Numbered from the stretch's first letter, positions 10,696-20,730 are shown. The stretch is DNA of 64,000 nucleotides from Candidatus Bathyarchaeota archaeon (GCA_963811105.1 CAWEPZ010000011.1:960001-1024000), one strand, 5' to 3'. The notes: a model not told the origin generated them from the letters alone. Program-made: numbers and translations.

Positions 10696-11469
10696 CTATT
10701 TCTTTCGGAATCTCGTTACAAGCAGGGTTAAGACTAGAGCAACAGCTACCAGAGCTGAAGCAGCTTCAGTCAGTACAACTACCGTTTGATTTCCAGCATG
10801 GTTCACGCCTATGCCTACCAATGCCCAGATAATGACGAGGGCGTAGGCTGTGTCTTTTCTGGTCGCCAGCATTAGCATTGTAATTATTAGCGTCACTGCT
10901 ACGACCAAGATTGCCCACGTCGATGGGCTAATTCCGAAACCGTTCCAATTGTACGAAACCAGTGTGGCAGAGACATCTGCTATTGAGGCGACGGTGATCC
11001 AGCCGAGATAAACGCTAAATGGCAGATGCACTGCGAGTTTTTCACGCGGAATAGCATTTGACTTGCCTATTCCCAGACGCACGTAAATTGCGATCAGAGT
11101 TACGAGGAGCGCAAAGATAAGTAAGACAGAAAGGCTCAGGTATTCATATTGCCACGCGAACAGCCAAGCAATGTTTACTATGCTGCTTAAAATGAAGAGC
11201 CAGCTAATTCTGTTTAGGTATTCTTTTCCTTTTTGGCTGGGTAAGGCCTGATAGACGACGAAAATGCCAAGGAGAATATAGATGACTCCCCAGATTGCGA
11301 ATACATAGCCAGCCGGAGTTATCAGAGTGGAGTTTGCGTTGGACACGTCAGCGGTGTTTCTGCCGCCAATAATTTTTGTGCTGCCTGCCAAACTGTTCAT
11401 TATCACCGTTAAGACGAAAAACACGATGTTGGCGTATCTCAGAGCAGTAGAGTTGGTCATTGAAGCCAC
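10696..11469 (-). CDS. Multi-pass membrane protein, TspO/tryptophan-rich sensory-like family
   Basis: About 8 TM segments; ITPAGYVFAIWGVIY, NIAWLFAW and PFSVYLGWITVA motifs. Confidence 0.75.
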   Translation of the reverse strand: MASMTNSTALRYANIVFFVLTVIMNSLAGSTKIIGGRNTADVSNANSTLITPAGYVFAIWGVIYILLGIFVVYQALPSQKGKEYLNRISWLFILSSIVNIAWLFAWQYEYLSLSVLLIFALLVTLIAIYVRLGIGKSNAIPREKLAVHLPFSVYLGWITVASIADVSATLVSYNWNGFGISPSTWAILVVAVTLIITMLMLATRKDTAYALVIIWALVGIGVNHAGNQTVVVLTEAASALVAVALVLTLLVTRFRKK

Positions 11470-11559
11470 AATGAAACCCTCTAATTTAGTTTATCAATGT
11501 TTTTTATATATAAAATAATCGACGGTTTAGAATATAGGTTCATTTATTTTTCTCATTAA

Positions 11560-12111
11560 TTGCATATTGCCGCCAAGCTTATTAGGAAAAACTGTTTGAA
11601 TCCTCGTAGGCGTGTTTGCATGAGTTCTGACCCAGAAGAAACAGAAAAGCGCCTTTCATTTGAAGATCTAAAGAAGCGAATTATAGAGTTTCTTGAAAGC
11701 ACAAACATGTGTGTTCTCGCAACGTGCAGTGATAATGTTCCAAGGGCGACCCCTATTGAGTATCACTCTGAGGGATTGACGATTTACGTTGTTGGTGAAC
11801 CCGGAACGAAGCTTAGCAACATAGCGAAGAATCCTAAGGTAAGTATTGGCGTTTTTCTAACATACGAGGGTTGGGACAGCGCAAAAGGTGCACAAATAAC
11901 GGGGCAGGCACAGATAATCCCAAGATCCAATGTACCTGAATTTAAACGGGGCTTAAAGGCTTACAAATGGGAGCGAGCTGCAAAGGAAATTGGGTTGAAG
12001 GAGTTTCCTAAAACTGTCGAATTAGTTAGAGTTGAGCCGAAGAAAATAGAGTTTGTCGATATGTCCCTAAAGAAAATCGGATTCAGCGCTCGCCAAGTGT
12101 TAGATTTATGA
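11560..12111 (+). CDS. Pyridoxamine 5'-phosphate oxidase-like FMN-binding protein (likely start ATG 11620)
   Basis: CVLATCSDNVPRATP...KLSNIAKNPKVSI split-barrel motif. Confidence 0.8.
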   Translation: MHIAAKLIRKNCLNPRRRVCMSSDPEETEKRLSFEDLKKRIIEFLESTNMCVLATCSDNVPRATPIEYHSEGLTIYVVGEPGTKLSNIAKNPKVSIGVFLTYEGWDSAKGAQITGQAQIIPRSNVPEFKRGLKAYKWERAAKEIGLKEFPKTVELVRVEPKKIEFVDMSLKKIGFSARQVLDL

Positions 12112-12177
12112 GTTAGTCAGTCTAAGTCGCTCGCCTGGAAAATTGGTTATATTAAGCAGAAATAATTCTTTAAATTT

Positions 12178-12717
12178 ATGGTACAAACCATAAAATATGA
12201 AATTATAAGGAAAATAGGCAAGGTTGAGATTCGTCGCTATCCAGAAGTTGTAATTGCTAAAGTATCTAACTACGAGTCAGACAGTTTTGGTCTCCTGTTT
12301 CGCTTCATATCCGGAGACAATAGGACCAAAGAAAAAGTGAAAATGACTGCACCAGTCGTTGAGCAAGATGCCTCACGAGAAATAAAGATGACGTCGCCAG
12401 TTTTGTCAGATTTCTCAAATGAAGGTTACATGGCTTTTGTGATGCCTTCCGAATTCAGGCTTGAAACTACCCCTTCACCCTTGGATAGCCGAGTTAAGAT
12501 AGAAAAGATACCTCAGAGAACAGTTGCTGTTCCGCGTTTCTCTGGAGGCTGGTCTGAAGACCACTTTAAAGAAAAAACGGGAGAGCTACTGCAAGAGCTA
12601 GCCAACGCAGAAGTGAAAACAAAAGGCAGCGTCTTTACAATGCTATATAACCCGCCTTTCACTCCAAGCTTTCTACGAAGAAATGAAGTCGCAGTAGATG
12701 TTGAAGCTGAAAGCTAA
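12178..12717 (+). CDS. SOUL heme-binding protein
   Basis: EIRRYP, LFRFISGDN, KMTAPV, MAFVMP and YNPPFTP..LRRNEV motifs. Confidence 0.9.
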   Translation: MVQTIKYEIIRKIGKVEIRRYPEVVIAKVSNYESDSFGLLFRFISGDNRTKEKVKMTAPVVEQDASREIKMTSPVLSDFSNEGYMAFVMPSEFRLETTPSPLDSRVKIEKIPQRTVAVPRFSGGWSEDHFKEKTGELLQELANAEVKTKGSVFTMLYNPPFTPSFLRRNEVAVDVEAES

Positions 12718-12861
12718 ATAGAAGCACGCTAGTCGCGCTTGTTTAAACCATTCTAGACCAAACAACTCTTTTCTTTTTTAATTAGAAACTGGGCTTGGAT
12801 AAAAAACATAAAAGTATTTGAGGATACTTCTGATTTGTTGATAATTGATTTTGTGGGGTGA

Positions 12862-13752
12862 GTGTGTTTGAGTGAGATGAAAGGGAAAGTCTGCATAATA
12901 ACGGGCAGCAACTCCGGAATTGGGAAAGAAACTGCCACAAGCTTGGCTAAATTGGGTGCTCACGTTGTTATGGTTGTTCGCAATCAAGAGCGAGGCGAAA
13001 AAGCACGGTTGGAAATAGTAAAACAAACCGGAAACAACTCAATCGACCTAATGATTTGCGACTTGTCGTCCATGGATTCAATCAGGCGCTTCGCTGAGGA
13101 ATTCAAGAGGAAATACGACAGAGTCGATGTGCTGGTTAATAATGCTGGAGCTATGTTCAATAAACGAGAGGTTACACCAGAAGGCTTTGAACGGACGCTT
13201 GCCGTCAATTATTTGGGGCCTTTTCTGCTTACACATGAGTTGCTGGATTTGCTTAAATCGAGTGCTCCTTCCCGAATAATTAACGTAAGTTCCGGATTAG
13301 CCAAAGATGGTAAGGTAGATCTTGACGATCTTCAGAGTCAAAAGAACTATGCGGGAACTAAAGCTTACGCTCGCGTGCGAGCACCAGTTTACGCGAACAC
13401 TAAACTAATGTTAATGATGTTTACCTATGAACTAGCGAGGCGTCTAGAAGGTACGGGGGTCACTGCAAACGTCCTTATGCCTGGTTTTGTAGCGACTAAT
13501 CTTGGAAAAAACAGTGGTAGCCTCAGTTCATCTCTTATGTTTAAGATGGTTCGTCCAATGCAGGTAAGTCCTAGGAAGGGAGCAGAAACGTCTGTTTACT
13601 TAGCCTCTTCAAGCGAAGTAACAAACGTAACGGGCAAGTGCTTCGCTAAAATGAAGGAAACAACGACCTGTCCAGAGTCATACGATGAGAACCTACAAAA
13701 ACAGTTGTGGAACAGAACAGAAATCATGCTAGGTTTAACTGGTAAGAAGTGA
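12862..13752 (+). CDS. Short-chain dehydrogenase/reductase (retinol dehydrogenase-like)
   Basis: ITGSNSGIG, NNAG, VNYLGPFLLT and YANTK (YxxxK). Confidence 0.92.
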   Translation: MCLSEMKGKVCIITGSNSGIGKETATSLAKLGAHVVMVVRNQERGEKARLEIVKQTGNNSIDLMICDLSSMDSIRRFAEEFKRKYDRVDVLVNNAGAMFNKREVTPEGFERTLAVNYLGPFLLTHELLDLLKSSAPSRIINVSSGLAKDGKVDLDDLQSQKNYAGTKAYARVRAPVYANTKLMLMMFTYELARRLEGTGVTANVLMPGFVATNLGKNSGSLSSSLMFKMVRPMQVSPRKGAETSVYLASSSEVTNVTGKCFAKMKETTTCPESYDENLQKQLWNRTEIMLGLTGKK

Positions 13753-13891
13753 GAGAAAACAGATACAATTTTCAGCGCCGTTGGTGTAATGAAAAAGTGA
13801 TTGATGCTTAAAGAACTAAATTTTGCCTATTGAAATCAAAAAATAATTTAGCAAATGGTTTATACTCAGAATTGTGAGTGGTGACTGAGGA

Positions 13892-14374
13892 TTGGTTGCT
13901 GTGGGCGAAGAGGCTCCGGATTTTACTTTAGAGACTGATGAGGGAAAGCAAGTTTCCTTGAAGGATTATAGGGGTAAATACGTTGTGCTTTACTTTTATC
14001 CTAAGGATGGGACGCCGGGATGTACGACTGAGGCTCTTGAGTTTAAGGATGTTGCTGAACAGTTTGCCAAAGAAGGCGCGGTTATTTTGGGCATCAGTAA
14101 GGACGACGTTAAGTCTCATCAGAAATTTAAGGACAAGCATCAACTGCCGTTCACCTTGCTTAGCGATCCTAAAGCTAAAGTGTTAAACGAATACGGGGTT
14201 TGGAAGGATAAAGTTCTTTACGGGAGAAAATTCATGGGAACCGAACGAACAACGTTTTTGATTGATGAAAAAGGAATCATAAGAAAAATATACACAAAAG
14301 TCAAGCCAGCAGGGCACGCTCAAATATGTCTATTAGATTTGACAAAAGATACCAAACTATTGTTGCCTAAATAA
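13892..14374 (+). CDS. bcp: Peroxiredoxin, BCP/PrxQ family
   Basis: YFYPKDGTPGCTTEA, LLSD and ERTTFLID motifs. Confidence 0.9.
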   Translation: MVAVGEEAPDFTLETDEGKQVSLKDYRGKYVVLYFYPKDGTPGCTTEALEFKDVAEQFAKEGAVILGISKDDVKSHQKFKDKHQLPFTLLSDPKAKVLNEYGVWKDKVLYGRKFMGTERTTFLIDEKGIIRKIYTKVKPAGHAQICLLDLTKDTKLLLPK

Positions 14375-14546
14375 TGGCTCGGAAAAGAGGTTTTGCAGTC
14401 GCTTGGATATGGAGACGGGCCTTGCTAAGATTTTACTGGTAAAAAGGTGCTGGGATCCCCCTTTCGACGCAATGTTTATCTGAAAATGAGTGTTAATAAT
14501 AATTGGTATATCAATTACCATAAAGCCAACTAATTCTTGGGTATTC

Positions 14547-14592
14547 GGGTGATATCTCCACTTCAGAGGGGGTTCAAATCCCACCTCCTGCA
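14547..14592 (+). repeat. Dispersed palindrome + tRNA T-arm repeat, copy 3
   Basis: GGGTGATATCTCCACTTCAGA-GGGGGTTCAAATCCCAC-CTCCTGCA. Confidence 0.6.
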
Positions 14593-14636
14593 TTTTTATA
14601 AGTGAAAAGCGTGCGCTTCAAGTTAGGTGAGTGTAG

Positions 14637-14795
14637 ATGGTGACTGCTGAAATCTGTCCCTGTCCAAAAACCAAGTGTGTTCGACATGGCAAATGTGAAG
14701 AATGCACACAACATCACTCAGAAAAAGACAAACTACCCTTCTGCAAAAGAACAAAAACTTCTTTGCTTGGGTTTCTGAAAAAAACGCAATCTTAG
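14637..14795 (+). CDS. Small Cys/His-rich putative metal-binding protein (52 aa), missed by the ORF track
   Basis: RBS AGGTGA; MVTAEICPCPKTKCVRHGKCEECTQHHSEKDKLPFCKRTKTSLLGFLKKTQS. Confidence 0.7.
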   Translation: MVTAEICPCPKTKCVRHGKCEECTQHHSEKDKLPFCKRTKTSLLGFLKKTQS

Positions 14796-15078
14796 AATTT
14801 GAACAGATTTCTTTGATTGGATTTTTAAAAAGAATTTAAACCAAAATCTAAACGAATATTTGTTAAACCCTCTCGTATGAATCGCACGGTAGCTTTCTTG
14901 CTTATATTTAATACAACGGAGGTATACGAAATGTCTCAAGCCAGTTAGCGCTTTGCATGGTTTGCTGAAAGCTGACAGAAAAGAGCAAGGTGCTAACAAG
15001 CGTTTTTTTATTAAGGCTTAATGAAGCGCGCTGGGTGAGCCGACAGCTATTTAACTCTATAACAAACAAGTAATCGAA

Positions 15079-15369
15079 TTGGTGAAAGAAGTGAGCAAGG
15101 TTGAGAACGAGTTAAAAGAAAAGATTGAGGAAATAATCAGGCAGAAGGCAGAATCATCTGTAACAGATGAGCTTTCAGACTCAGAACACGGGTATGTAGA
15201 TGCTCTGATATGGCTTAAAGAAGGCTCAATCCAGCTAACTAATGAAGGCATTGGAAAAGAAATTGTGGAGCGAACCTATGCGGACAAAGACTCAAGCAAA
15301 GAATACCGAGATGGCTACGACTCTGCACTTAAACTGGTATTAAAAATGCTAATTGAATTGAAAAAATAG
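15079..15369 (+). CDS. Hypothetical acidic protein
   Basis: 96-aa ORF with an internal repeat (SEHGYVDAL / YRDGYDSAL). Confidence 0.6.
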   Translation: MVKEVSKVENELKEKIEEIIRQKAESSVTDELSDSEHGYVDALIWLKEGSIQLTNEGIGKEIVERTYADKDSSKEYRDGYDSALKLVLKMLIELKK

Positions 15370-15456
15370 TATATTCTAAACGAATCACATTGAAATTTAC
15401 TAACTAAATCGCGTTCATGCCCTTATTTAAAAACTGAAGCGCCAAACTGTTTAAAC

Positions 15457-15518
15457 AAAAAAAGGGAAACGAGGGTGATATCTCCACTGAGGTGAGGGTT
15501 CAATTCGATTCCCCACCT
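15457..15518 (+). repeat. Dispersed palindrome + tRNA T-arm repeat, copy 4
   Basis: AAAAAAAGGGAAACGA-GGGTGATATCTCCACT-GAGGTGA-GGGTTCAATTC. Confidence 0.6.
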
Positions 15519-15584
15519 AAAATGCCGGAAGGTGGACGTTCAATCCCTAACTTCAACACCCTGGTCACGCCTGCGCAGTTAGTT

Positions 15585-16163
15585 TCACCATTTTTCTCGG
15601 TGAACTATCTCTGCGATAGGCTTTCGTTTTCCTCCTCCGACCACTGTTTTTATGAGTTTGCTTCCGAGTCCCTCTTTGTCAGCCGGGTAGCCTACAGGCG
15701 TCATCGCCACGACCTTAATATTCTCTGGAATCCCCAAAGCTTTTTTGATTTTTGCTTCATCAAAGGCTCCTATCCAGCATGTTCCAAGCTCCAAATCGGT
15801 TGCAGCTAAAACCAGCTGCTGCATAGATATCCCCACGTCTACAAGGTAATAATTCATGCCATTGCGGTCGCCGGAGTCTTTGGGGTCAGCGCATGCAACT
15901 ACGATAACGGGTGCCTGTTTGAGCCAGCCGTTTAAGCTACCAGCCAACTCTTGAATTTTGGTTTTGTCTTTCACGACAATATATTTGCAGCATTGCTTGT
16001 TCGCCCACGAAGGCGCCAATCTTGCCACTTCAAGAACTTTAGAAAGCTTTTCATCTTCAACTGGCTTGTCCGCATAGCCGCGAACGCTTTTCCTTGCCAC
16101 TACAACATCCATAAACTCCATAATTATCCCAAAAATCAGTTGAGAAAACCGACTTAAAAGCAT
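15585..16163 (-). CDS. Nitroreductase family protein (likely start MEFMDVV ~16121)
   Basis: RKSVRGY, APSWANKQ, LGTCWIG, GYP and RKP motifs. Confidence 0.92.
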   Translation of the reverse strand: MLLSRFSQLIFGIIMEFMDVVVARKSVRGYADKPVEDEKLSKVLEVARLAPSWANKQCCKYIVVKDKTKIQELAGSLNGWLKQAPVIVVACADPKDSGDRNGMNYYLVDVGISMQQLVLAATDLELGTCWIGAFDEAKIKKALGIPENIKVVAMTPVGYPADKEGLGSKLIKTVVGGGKRKPIAEIVHREKW

Positions 16164-16274
16164 TCAAAAGCTGTCGCAAAACGGGCAATACCGAGACTCA
16201 ATTTGCTATTTTTGTGAATTTTAGCCAGCATCCACTCAGCCCCTTTTTTCCTCAGATGCTTCTTATTTAAGACC

Positions 16275-16335
16275 AAAAAAGGGGAATTGTGGGAGCCATC
16301 TCCACTCATCATAGGGTTCAAGTCAACTTCCTGGC
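16275..16335 (+). repeat. Dispersed palindrome + tRNA T-arm repeat, copy 5
   Basis: AAAAAAGGGGAATTGT-GGGAGCCATCTCCACT-CATCATA-GGGTTCAAGTC. Confidence 0.5.
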
Positions 16336-16376
16336 AGATTTGGCCCCGGGTGAAAAAAGACGCCACCCTAGCCGAA

Positions 16377-16784
16377 CTACCCAAGCTGAGTTAATTGTAT
16401 CAGGTTTCCGCACGTATCGTCGAACACGACAATGGTTGAGCCAGGTGTTTTGGTCGGCTCCGTCGTGAATTTCACTTCAAGCTTCTTCAATCGCTGATAC
16501 TCTTTCTCAACGTCATCAACGAAGAACATAGCGGCGGGGATTCCTTGCTTGTATATGGCTTCCTGGTATGTTTTTGCTGCAGGATTGCCGTTGGGTCCAA
16601 GTTGCAGTTGGGTGCCGTCTGGCTCTTCAGGCGAAACAACAGTTAGCCATCTGAAGTTGTATGCTGTGACATCTGCTTTCTTAACGAAGCCCAAGACCTC
16701 GGTGTAGAACTTGAGAGCCTTGTTTTGATCGTCTACAAATACAGTTGTCAGTTTGATTTTCATAGGAGAACAAACACGTTTCAC
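16377..16784 (-). CDS. VOC/glyoxalase family protein (likely start MKIKL ~16763)
   Basis: VFVDDQNKALKFYTEVLGF, RWLTV and FDDTCGNLIQL motifs. Confidence 0.9.
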   Translation of the reverse strand: MKRVCSPMKIKLTTVFVDDQNKALKFYTEVLGFVKKADVTAYNFRWLTVVSPEEPDGTQLQLGPNGNPAAKTYQEAIYKQGIPAAMFFVDDVEKEYQRLKKLEVKFTTEPTKTPGSTIVVFDDTCGNLIQLTQLG

Positions 16785-16816
16785 ATTCTTAAGACGTTGT
16801 GATTACAGCGTCGCAA

Positions 16817-17290
16817 TCACATGTAACCGCAGCCGTAGCATTTGCCGTCATGCACCGAAACTACGTCGCCGCAGACTGGGCAGGTGTGCTTTTCCGCTTG
16901 CAGTCTGAGAAATTCCGCCATGCCTTTCTCTTTCAGCGTCTTCAGGTTTTCCACCATACTCATGCCGTAGCAGGTTCTGTACCTCCTATCCAGGTGAGCC
17001 AGCTTTTCGCAGGGCATCACGTCGCATTGGCTACAAGACTGGATTTCGCCATGGGTAAGCTTCTTGGTTTTGCAGCCGCGTTTGATATAGCAGTTCTTTG
17101 CTCGGGGGCGGCACCCAGCGCAGTGGGTTACTTTGTTTCTCTGCCGCAGTACCCCATGCACGTAGGCGAGGTAGGCTTTGCATACGCCGCAATTCATCCC
17201 GCAAGGCGCCACAAGTTCAGGGCTGAATGACTTCTGAGTCATACCATGTATTCTGACGGGTTTACGACTTAAGGTTTTGCCGAGCAGCAT
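16817..17290 (-). CDS. DUF3795-like Cys-rich protein
   Basis: APCGMNCGVC, CAGCR, CSQCDVMPC, MSMVENL and CPVCG...CYGC motifs. Confidence 0.8.
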   Translation of the reverse strand: MLLGKTLSRKPVRIHGMTQKSFSPELVAPCGMNCGVCKAYLAYVHGVLRQRNKVTHCAGCRPRAKNCYIKRGCKTKKLTHGEIQSCSQCDVMPCEKLAHLDRRYRTCYGMSMVENLKTLKEKGMAEFLRLQAEKHTCPVCGDVVSVHDGKCYGCGYM

Positions 17291-17345
17291 CCGTCAAAGC
17301 GTTTGCCTTTGGCTGAGTCTACGAGGATAATTCCTAATTATCCAA

Positions 17346-17401
17346 GAAAAAGGAGGAATGCAAGAGATATCGCCACTTGTCCTCGGGTACAAATCCAGTC
17401 C
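17346..17401 (+). repeat. Dispersed palindrome + tRNA T-arm repeat, copy 6 (degenerate)
   Basis: GAAAAAGGAGGAATGCA-AGAGATATCGCCACT-TGTCCTC-GGGTACAAATCC. Confidence 0.45.
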
Positions 17402-17430
17402 GCTGTTTTCTTCATTGGATTCCTTAAATA

Positions 17431-17829
17431 CTATTTCTTCGATATGAAGTGAAGAGCAAACAAGTGTCCTTGATAAGCTACTGGCACCATTATGATCGAA
17501 GCGTCAAAAGTGCTGCCTGTTTTCTTTTTTAGTTTAACATCTATCTTTGAGGCTACCAGTTTCTCCATGGCATTTCGATATGCAGAAACCACAGCTTCCT
17601 GGCTCATTTTGTCAACGCCAACCTCCAGGGGATTTTCAACTTTTGCCCATTCCTCGGGTGAACTAAAACCCTGCCACTCAGCAAACTTCTTGTTACAAAT
17701 CTTGTGGTTATCATCTAAATAGAGGTAAATTGCCTGTTCTGATGAATCAAAGATTTGCTTCAGTTGGTCATGAAATCCTTTGACGAGTTCTTCATGATGC
17801 TCCTCGGGCGTATTCGTTTTTTTCGAAAT
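17431..17829 (-). CDS. PAS-like single-domain protein with a probable non-canonical ATT start, missed by the ORF track
   Basis: 132-codon open frame ISKKTNTPEEHHEELVKGFHDQLKQIFDSSEQAIYLYLDDNHKICNKKFAEWQGFSSPEEW...MVPVAYQGHLFALHFISKK. RBS GAGGTGA lies 6 nt upstream of ATT. Confidence 0.75.
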   Translation of the reverse strand: MSKKTNTPEEHHEELVKGFHDQLKQIFDSSEQAIYLYLDDNHKICNKKFAEWQGFSSPEEWAKVENPLEVGVDKMSQEAVVSAYRNAMEKLVASKIDVKLKKKTGSTFDASIIMVPVAYQGHLFALHFISKK

Positions 17830-17916
17830 CTGTTTTCACCTCTTACAAACCAATCTTAACTATCCTTTTTGAGAGCGTAAGGGTATAAAGTTGTGTGATT
17901 GTATAGCCGTAGTTAC

Positions 17917-17956
17917 AAAAGGAAAAAGAGAATTGTGCGGGAGATATCTCCACTTG
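17917..17956 (+). repeat. Dispersed palindrome repeat, copy 7 (no T-arm)
   Basis: AAAAGGAAAAAGAGAATTGTGCG-GGAGATATCTCC-ACTT, with a perfect 12-bp palindrome. Confidence 0.5.
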
Positions 17957-18040
17957 TGCAAGAAGAAAAGTGCTGAAGCAAATGATAAGTGCTTATAAGG
18001 ATATTTGAACCAACCTTAGAGGGAACGTGAGGTTAGGTAA

Positions 18041-18271
18041 ATGGGTGAATATTCCTCAAGTGACTCAAGTTGCTATCGAGTCAAATTCGACGGTAAAGAA
18101 TTCCTTGAAATAGTAGATATTGCGAAACCAAGGATCATCTACAGACGCAAAAACATGTACTTCTTTGCCTTTGATGGCTTTGTGATGTATTGTGGCCAAT
18201 GCGAAAGCTCGGATTTCACTGCAAGAATTATTGATGCAATTGAGTTCTCAAACTATCAATGGCAAAAATAA
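18041..18271 (+). CDS. Small hypothetical protein
   Basis: 76-aa ORF with an RBS-like GAGGT upstream. Confidence 0.65.
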   Translation: MGEYSSSDSSCYRVKFDGKEFLEIVDIAKPRIIYRRKNMYFFAFDGFVMYCGQCESSDFTARIIDAIEFSNYQWQK

Positions 18272-18297
18272 TCAACGTTAACCGTAAGGGAAAAGAT

Positions 18298-18431
18298 ATG
18301 TCAAGAGTTCTTGATGTACAAATAAAAACACCTGAAAAAACTAATTCCGATGAGCTTCAACAGTACGACTTCATTGACTCGATGCAAACGACCTCAAACT
18401 TGCAGAAGAGTCTGCCAAAAACCTAAAGTGA
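18298..18431 (+). pseudogene. Internally deleted flavodoxin paralog remnant
   Basis: SRVLDVQIKTPEKTNSDELQQYDF aligns with GKVLDAQVKSPQQTNPEELPDYDL of 18911. Another frame gives DLKLAEESAKNLK*, aligning with DLRHAEEFASKLK. Confidence 0.55.
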
Positions 18432-18443
18432 ACAAACTAAGAA

Positions 18444-18914
18444 GTGAATATATATATGTCATTAGAAAAAAACAAAGCCATTGTTCTTGGATTCATTGAT
18501 GCCTACAATGCACGAAAGTTGGATTTAGTGGATGATTTTGTGTCTCCAGACTACATCGACCATGAAAAGAATATTGGTCGAGAAGATCTTAAACAGCTAA
18601 TTGCTATGGGTATTAACGCATTCCCTGACTGGCATGAAACTGTTAAGGATATCATTGCTGAAGGGGACAAGGTGTGGGTTCTTCTCTCTTACACTGGGAC
18701 CCATAAAGGCGAATTCATGGGATTAGCTCCTACTGGCAAAAAAATAACTTCTTCGGCTGTTGACATCTATCGCATAGTTGATGGCAAACTCGCTGAGTAT
18801 TGGAACGTCACCGACAACCTAAATATTTTCAAACAAGTGGGTGCTATTGAAGTAACAGAAAAGGGAAAGCAACTCTTCCCAGAAGAAACACAGGGGAAAA
18901 AGAAGTTGCTATGA
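18444..18914 (+). CDS. SnoaL-like ester cyclase (NTF2 fold)
   Basis: LEKNKAIV, AFPD, IIAEGDKV, GTHKGEFMGLAPTGK and DGKLAEYW motifs. Confidence 0.9.
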   Translation: MNIYMSLEKNKAIVLGFIDAYNARKLDLVDDFVSPDYIDHEKNIGREDLKQLIAMGINAFPDWHETVKDIIAEGDKVWVLLSYTGTHKGEFMGLAPTGKKITSSAVDIYRIVDGKLAEYWNVTDNLNIFKQVGAIEVTEKGKQLFPEETQGKKKLL

Positions 18915-19399
18915 AATGTTTGATAGTTGTATTTTCTCATCATCATAACAACACTCAGAAAATAGCAGAAGTCTTCGGCAAAGTACTCGATGCACAAGTG
19001 AAGTCTCCTCAACAAACTAACCCAGAAGAGCTTCCAGACTACGACTTAGTAGGCTTCGGATCAGGGATAGACTCTGGAAAAAACTACAAAGAACTCCTTG
19101 ACTTTGCAAACACACTACCTCTCGTCACAAACAAGAAAGCATTTGTTTTCTCGACAAGTGGAATGCCAATCGGAATCTCAGGTCAACAACGACTAGAAGA
19201 GTACACACGCAAATGTCACAAAACCCTTAAAGGAACTCTTCAATCCAAAGGCTATACAGTTATTGATGAGTTTGGCTGCGCTGGATTCAACACTAACAAA
19301 TTCCTCAAGTACTTTGGTGGAATCAACAAAGGTAGACCTAACAGCGAGGACTTAAGACACGCAGAGGAGTTCGCCTCAAAACTCAAGAATTCACCCTAA
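18911..19399 (+). CDS. Flavodoxin family protein
   Basis: SHHHNNTQKIA, GFGSGI, FSTSG and GGINKGRP motifs; ATGA overlap with the upstream gene. Confidence 0.88.
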   Translation: MKCLIVVFSHHHNNTQKIAEVFGKVLDAQVKSPQQTNPEELPDYDLVGFGSGIDSGKNYKELLDFANTLPLVTNKKAFVFSTSGMPIGISGQQRLEEYTRKCHKTLKGTLQSKGYTVIDEFGCAGFNTNKFLKYFGGINKGRPNSEDLRHAEEFASKLKNSP

Positions 19400-19746
19400 A
19401 GAGCAACGGTGGCATTGAAGGAAAACACTCAAACGAAAGCGCCATAATTATTCTTCAAGATAATGCCAATTTTTCTTAACATTTTTCTCTTTATTTTCTT
19501 AAAAGGACTTTGTTGACTCTCAAAGGTTAGTAAGAATTGACGAGTGAAAACCACACCCGCAGGTGCGCAAGCGCGTCTACACCTGTACAGTAAACAATTC
19601 TCGATTTGCAGAGGCTTAAAAAATGTTTTGCGTAGGTTGCTTGCTTAAAGTTTTGTGTGCTAAATTAAACCCTAAATTAGAAGTTGGCATTAATTCTGGT
19701 AAAATCTTATATTCACAAAACAGAGGTGTTTTGCTAAGGGGTAATC

Positions 19747-20637
19747 ATGAACTTTAGCCCAAAGAATCTACCAAAAACCTTCTTCTTAGCATTAATGTTA
19801 ACAATATTATTAATAGTCAGCATTAACCTGCAACAATCAAATGCCCAAACGTCAGGAAACATGACTATAAACAATGGAGCAATATACAGTAATTCTACTT
19901 TAGTAAATCTAACTTTATCAGCTACCAACGCCACATTGATGTGTTTCTCAAACGACAACTCTACTTGGTCCACCTGGGAAGCTTACAACACAGCAAAAAA
20001 CTGGACACTTCCCACAGGAGACAGTGTCTACACAGTCTATGTTAAATTCCAAGACAGCGACAATCTAACCGCCTACAATAGCGCAAACATTATCCTAGAC
20101 CAGACCCCTCCAGACCCAGTACCCTATGCCGGTTACTACTCAACGGACTACAAAACATTATACTTTGACGCAACTTCCAGTGTCGACAACACCGGCATCC
20201 AATCCTACACATGGAACTTCGGCGATGGCAACATAACGACCGGCATATCATTGGTCCACACCTTCTCTGCAATCGGCAATTACACAGTTACTTTAACTGT
20301 GCAAGACCTCGCAAACAATACAGCAACAGCCAGTTTCACCGTGCCAGTCCCTGATGTATCAACATTTGCAACGGTAACGCCAATCCCAACAATAACACCT
20401 CAACCCACAGTATACCCCACTATAACACAAGAGCCAACAATAACTCCAACCGTGTCATCAGCTACTGGATTTGAGCCTCTAATAGCTGTGGTTCTTGTAG
20501 TAGCCGTGGGAATAATCATCGTTGTGATATTGACTTTTTTTATGCTTAGAAAAAAACCTAAACCACAAGCAAAGGCACCAGAGCAACAGCAAAGGCCAAT
20601 TGCCGCAACTCCACAAACCCGCGAAAACTCCTCGTAA
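19747..20637 (+). CDS. Secreted, membrane-anchored PKD-domain surface protein
   Basis: Signal peptide, FDATSS...SYTWNFGDG...GNYTVTLTVQD PKD motif, Pro/Thr stalk, C-terminal TM followed by RKK. Confidence 0.85.
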   Translation: MNFSPKNLPKTFFLALMLTILLIVSINLQQSNAQTSGNMTINNGAIYSNSTLVNLTLSATNATLMCFSNDNSTWSTWEAYNTAKNWTLPTGDSVYTVYVKFQDSDNLTAYNSANIILDQTPPDPVPYAGYYSTDYKTLYFDATSSVDNTGIQSYTWNFGDGNITTGISLVHTFSAIGNYTVTLTVQDLANNTATASFTVPVPDVSTFATVTPIPTITPQPTVYPTITQEPTITPTVSSATGFEPLIAVVLVVAVGIIIVVILTFFMLRKKPKPQAKAPEQQQRPIAATPQTRENSS

Positions 20638-20730
20638 TCACCAAAAAACTTATTTTGCCTTATGATTCTGTTGTTGAAAGAAGAAAAAGTTGGTTGGATT
20701 AAGATTTAACCAAATCAACGTTGCCTGCGT

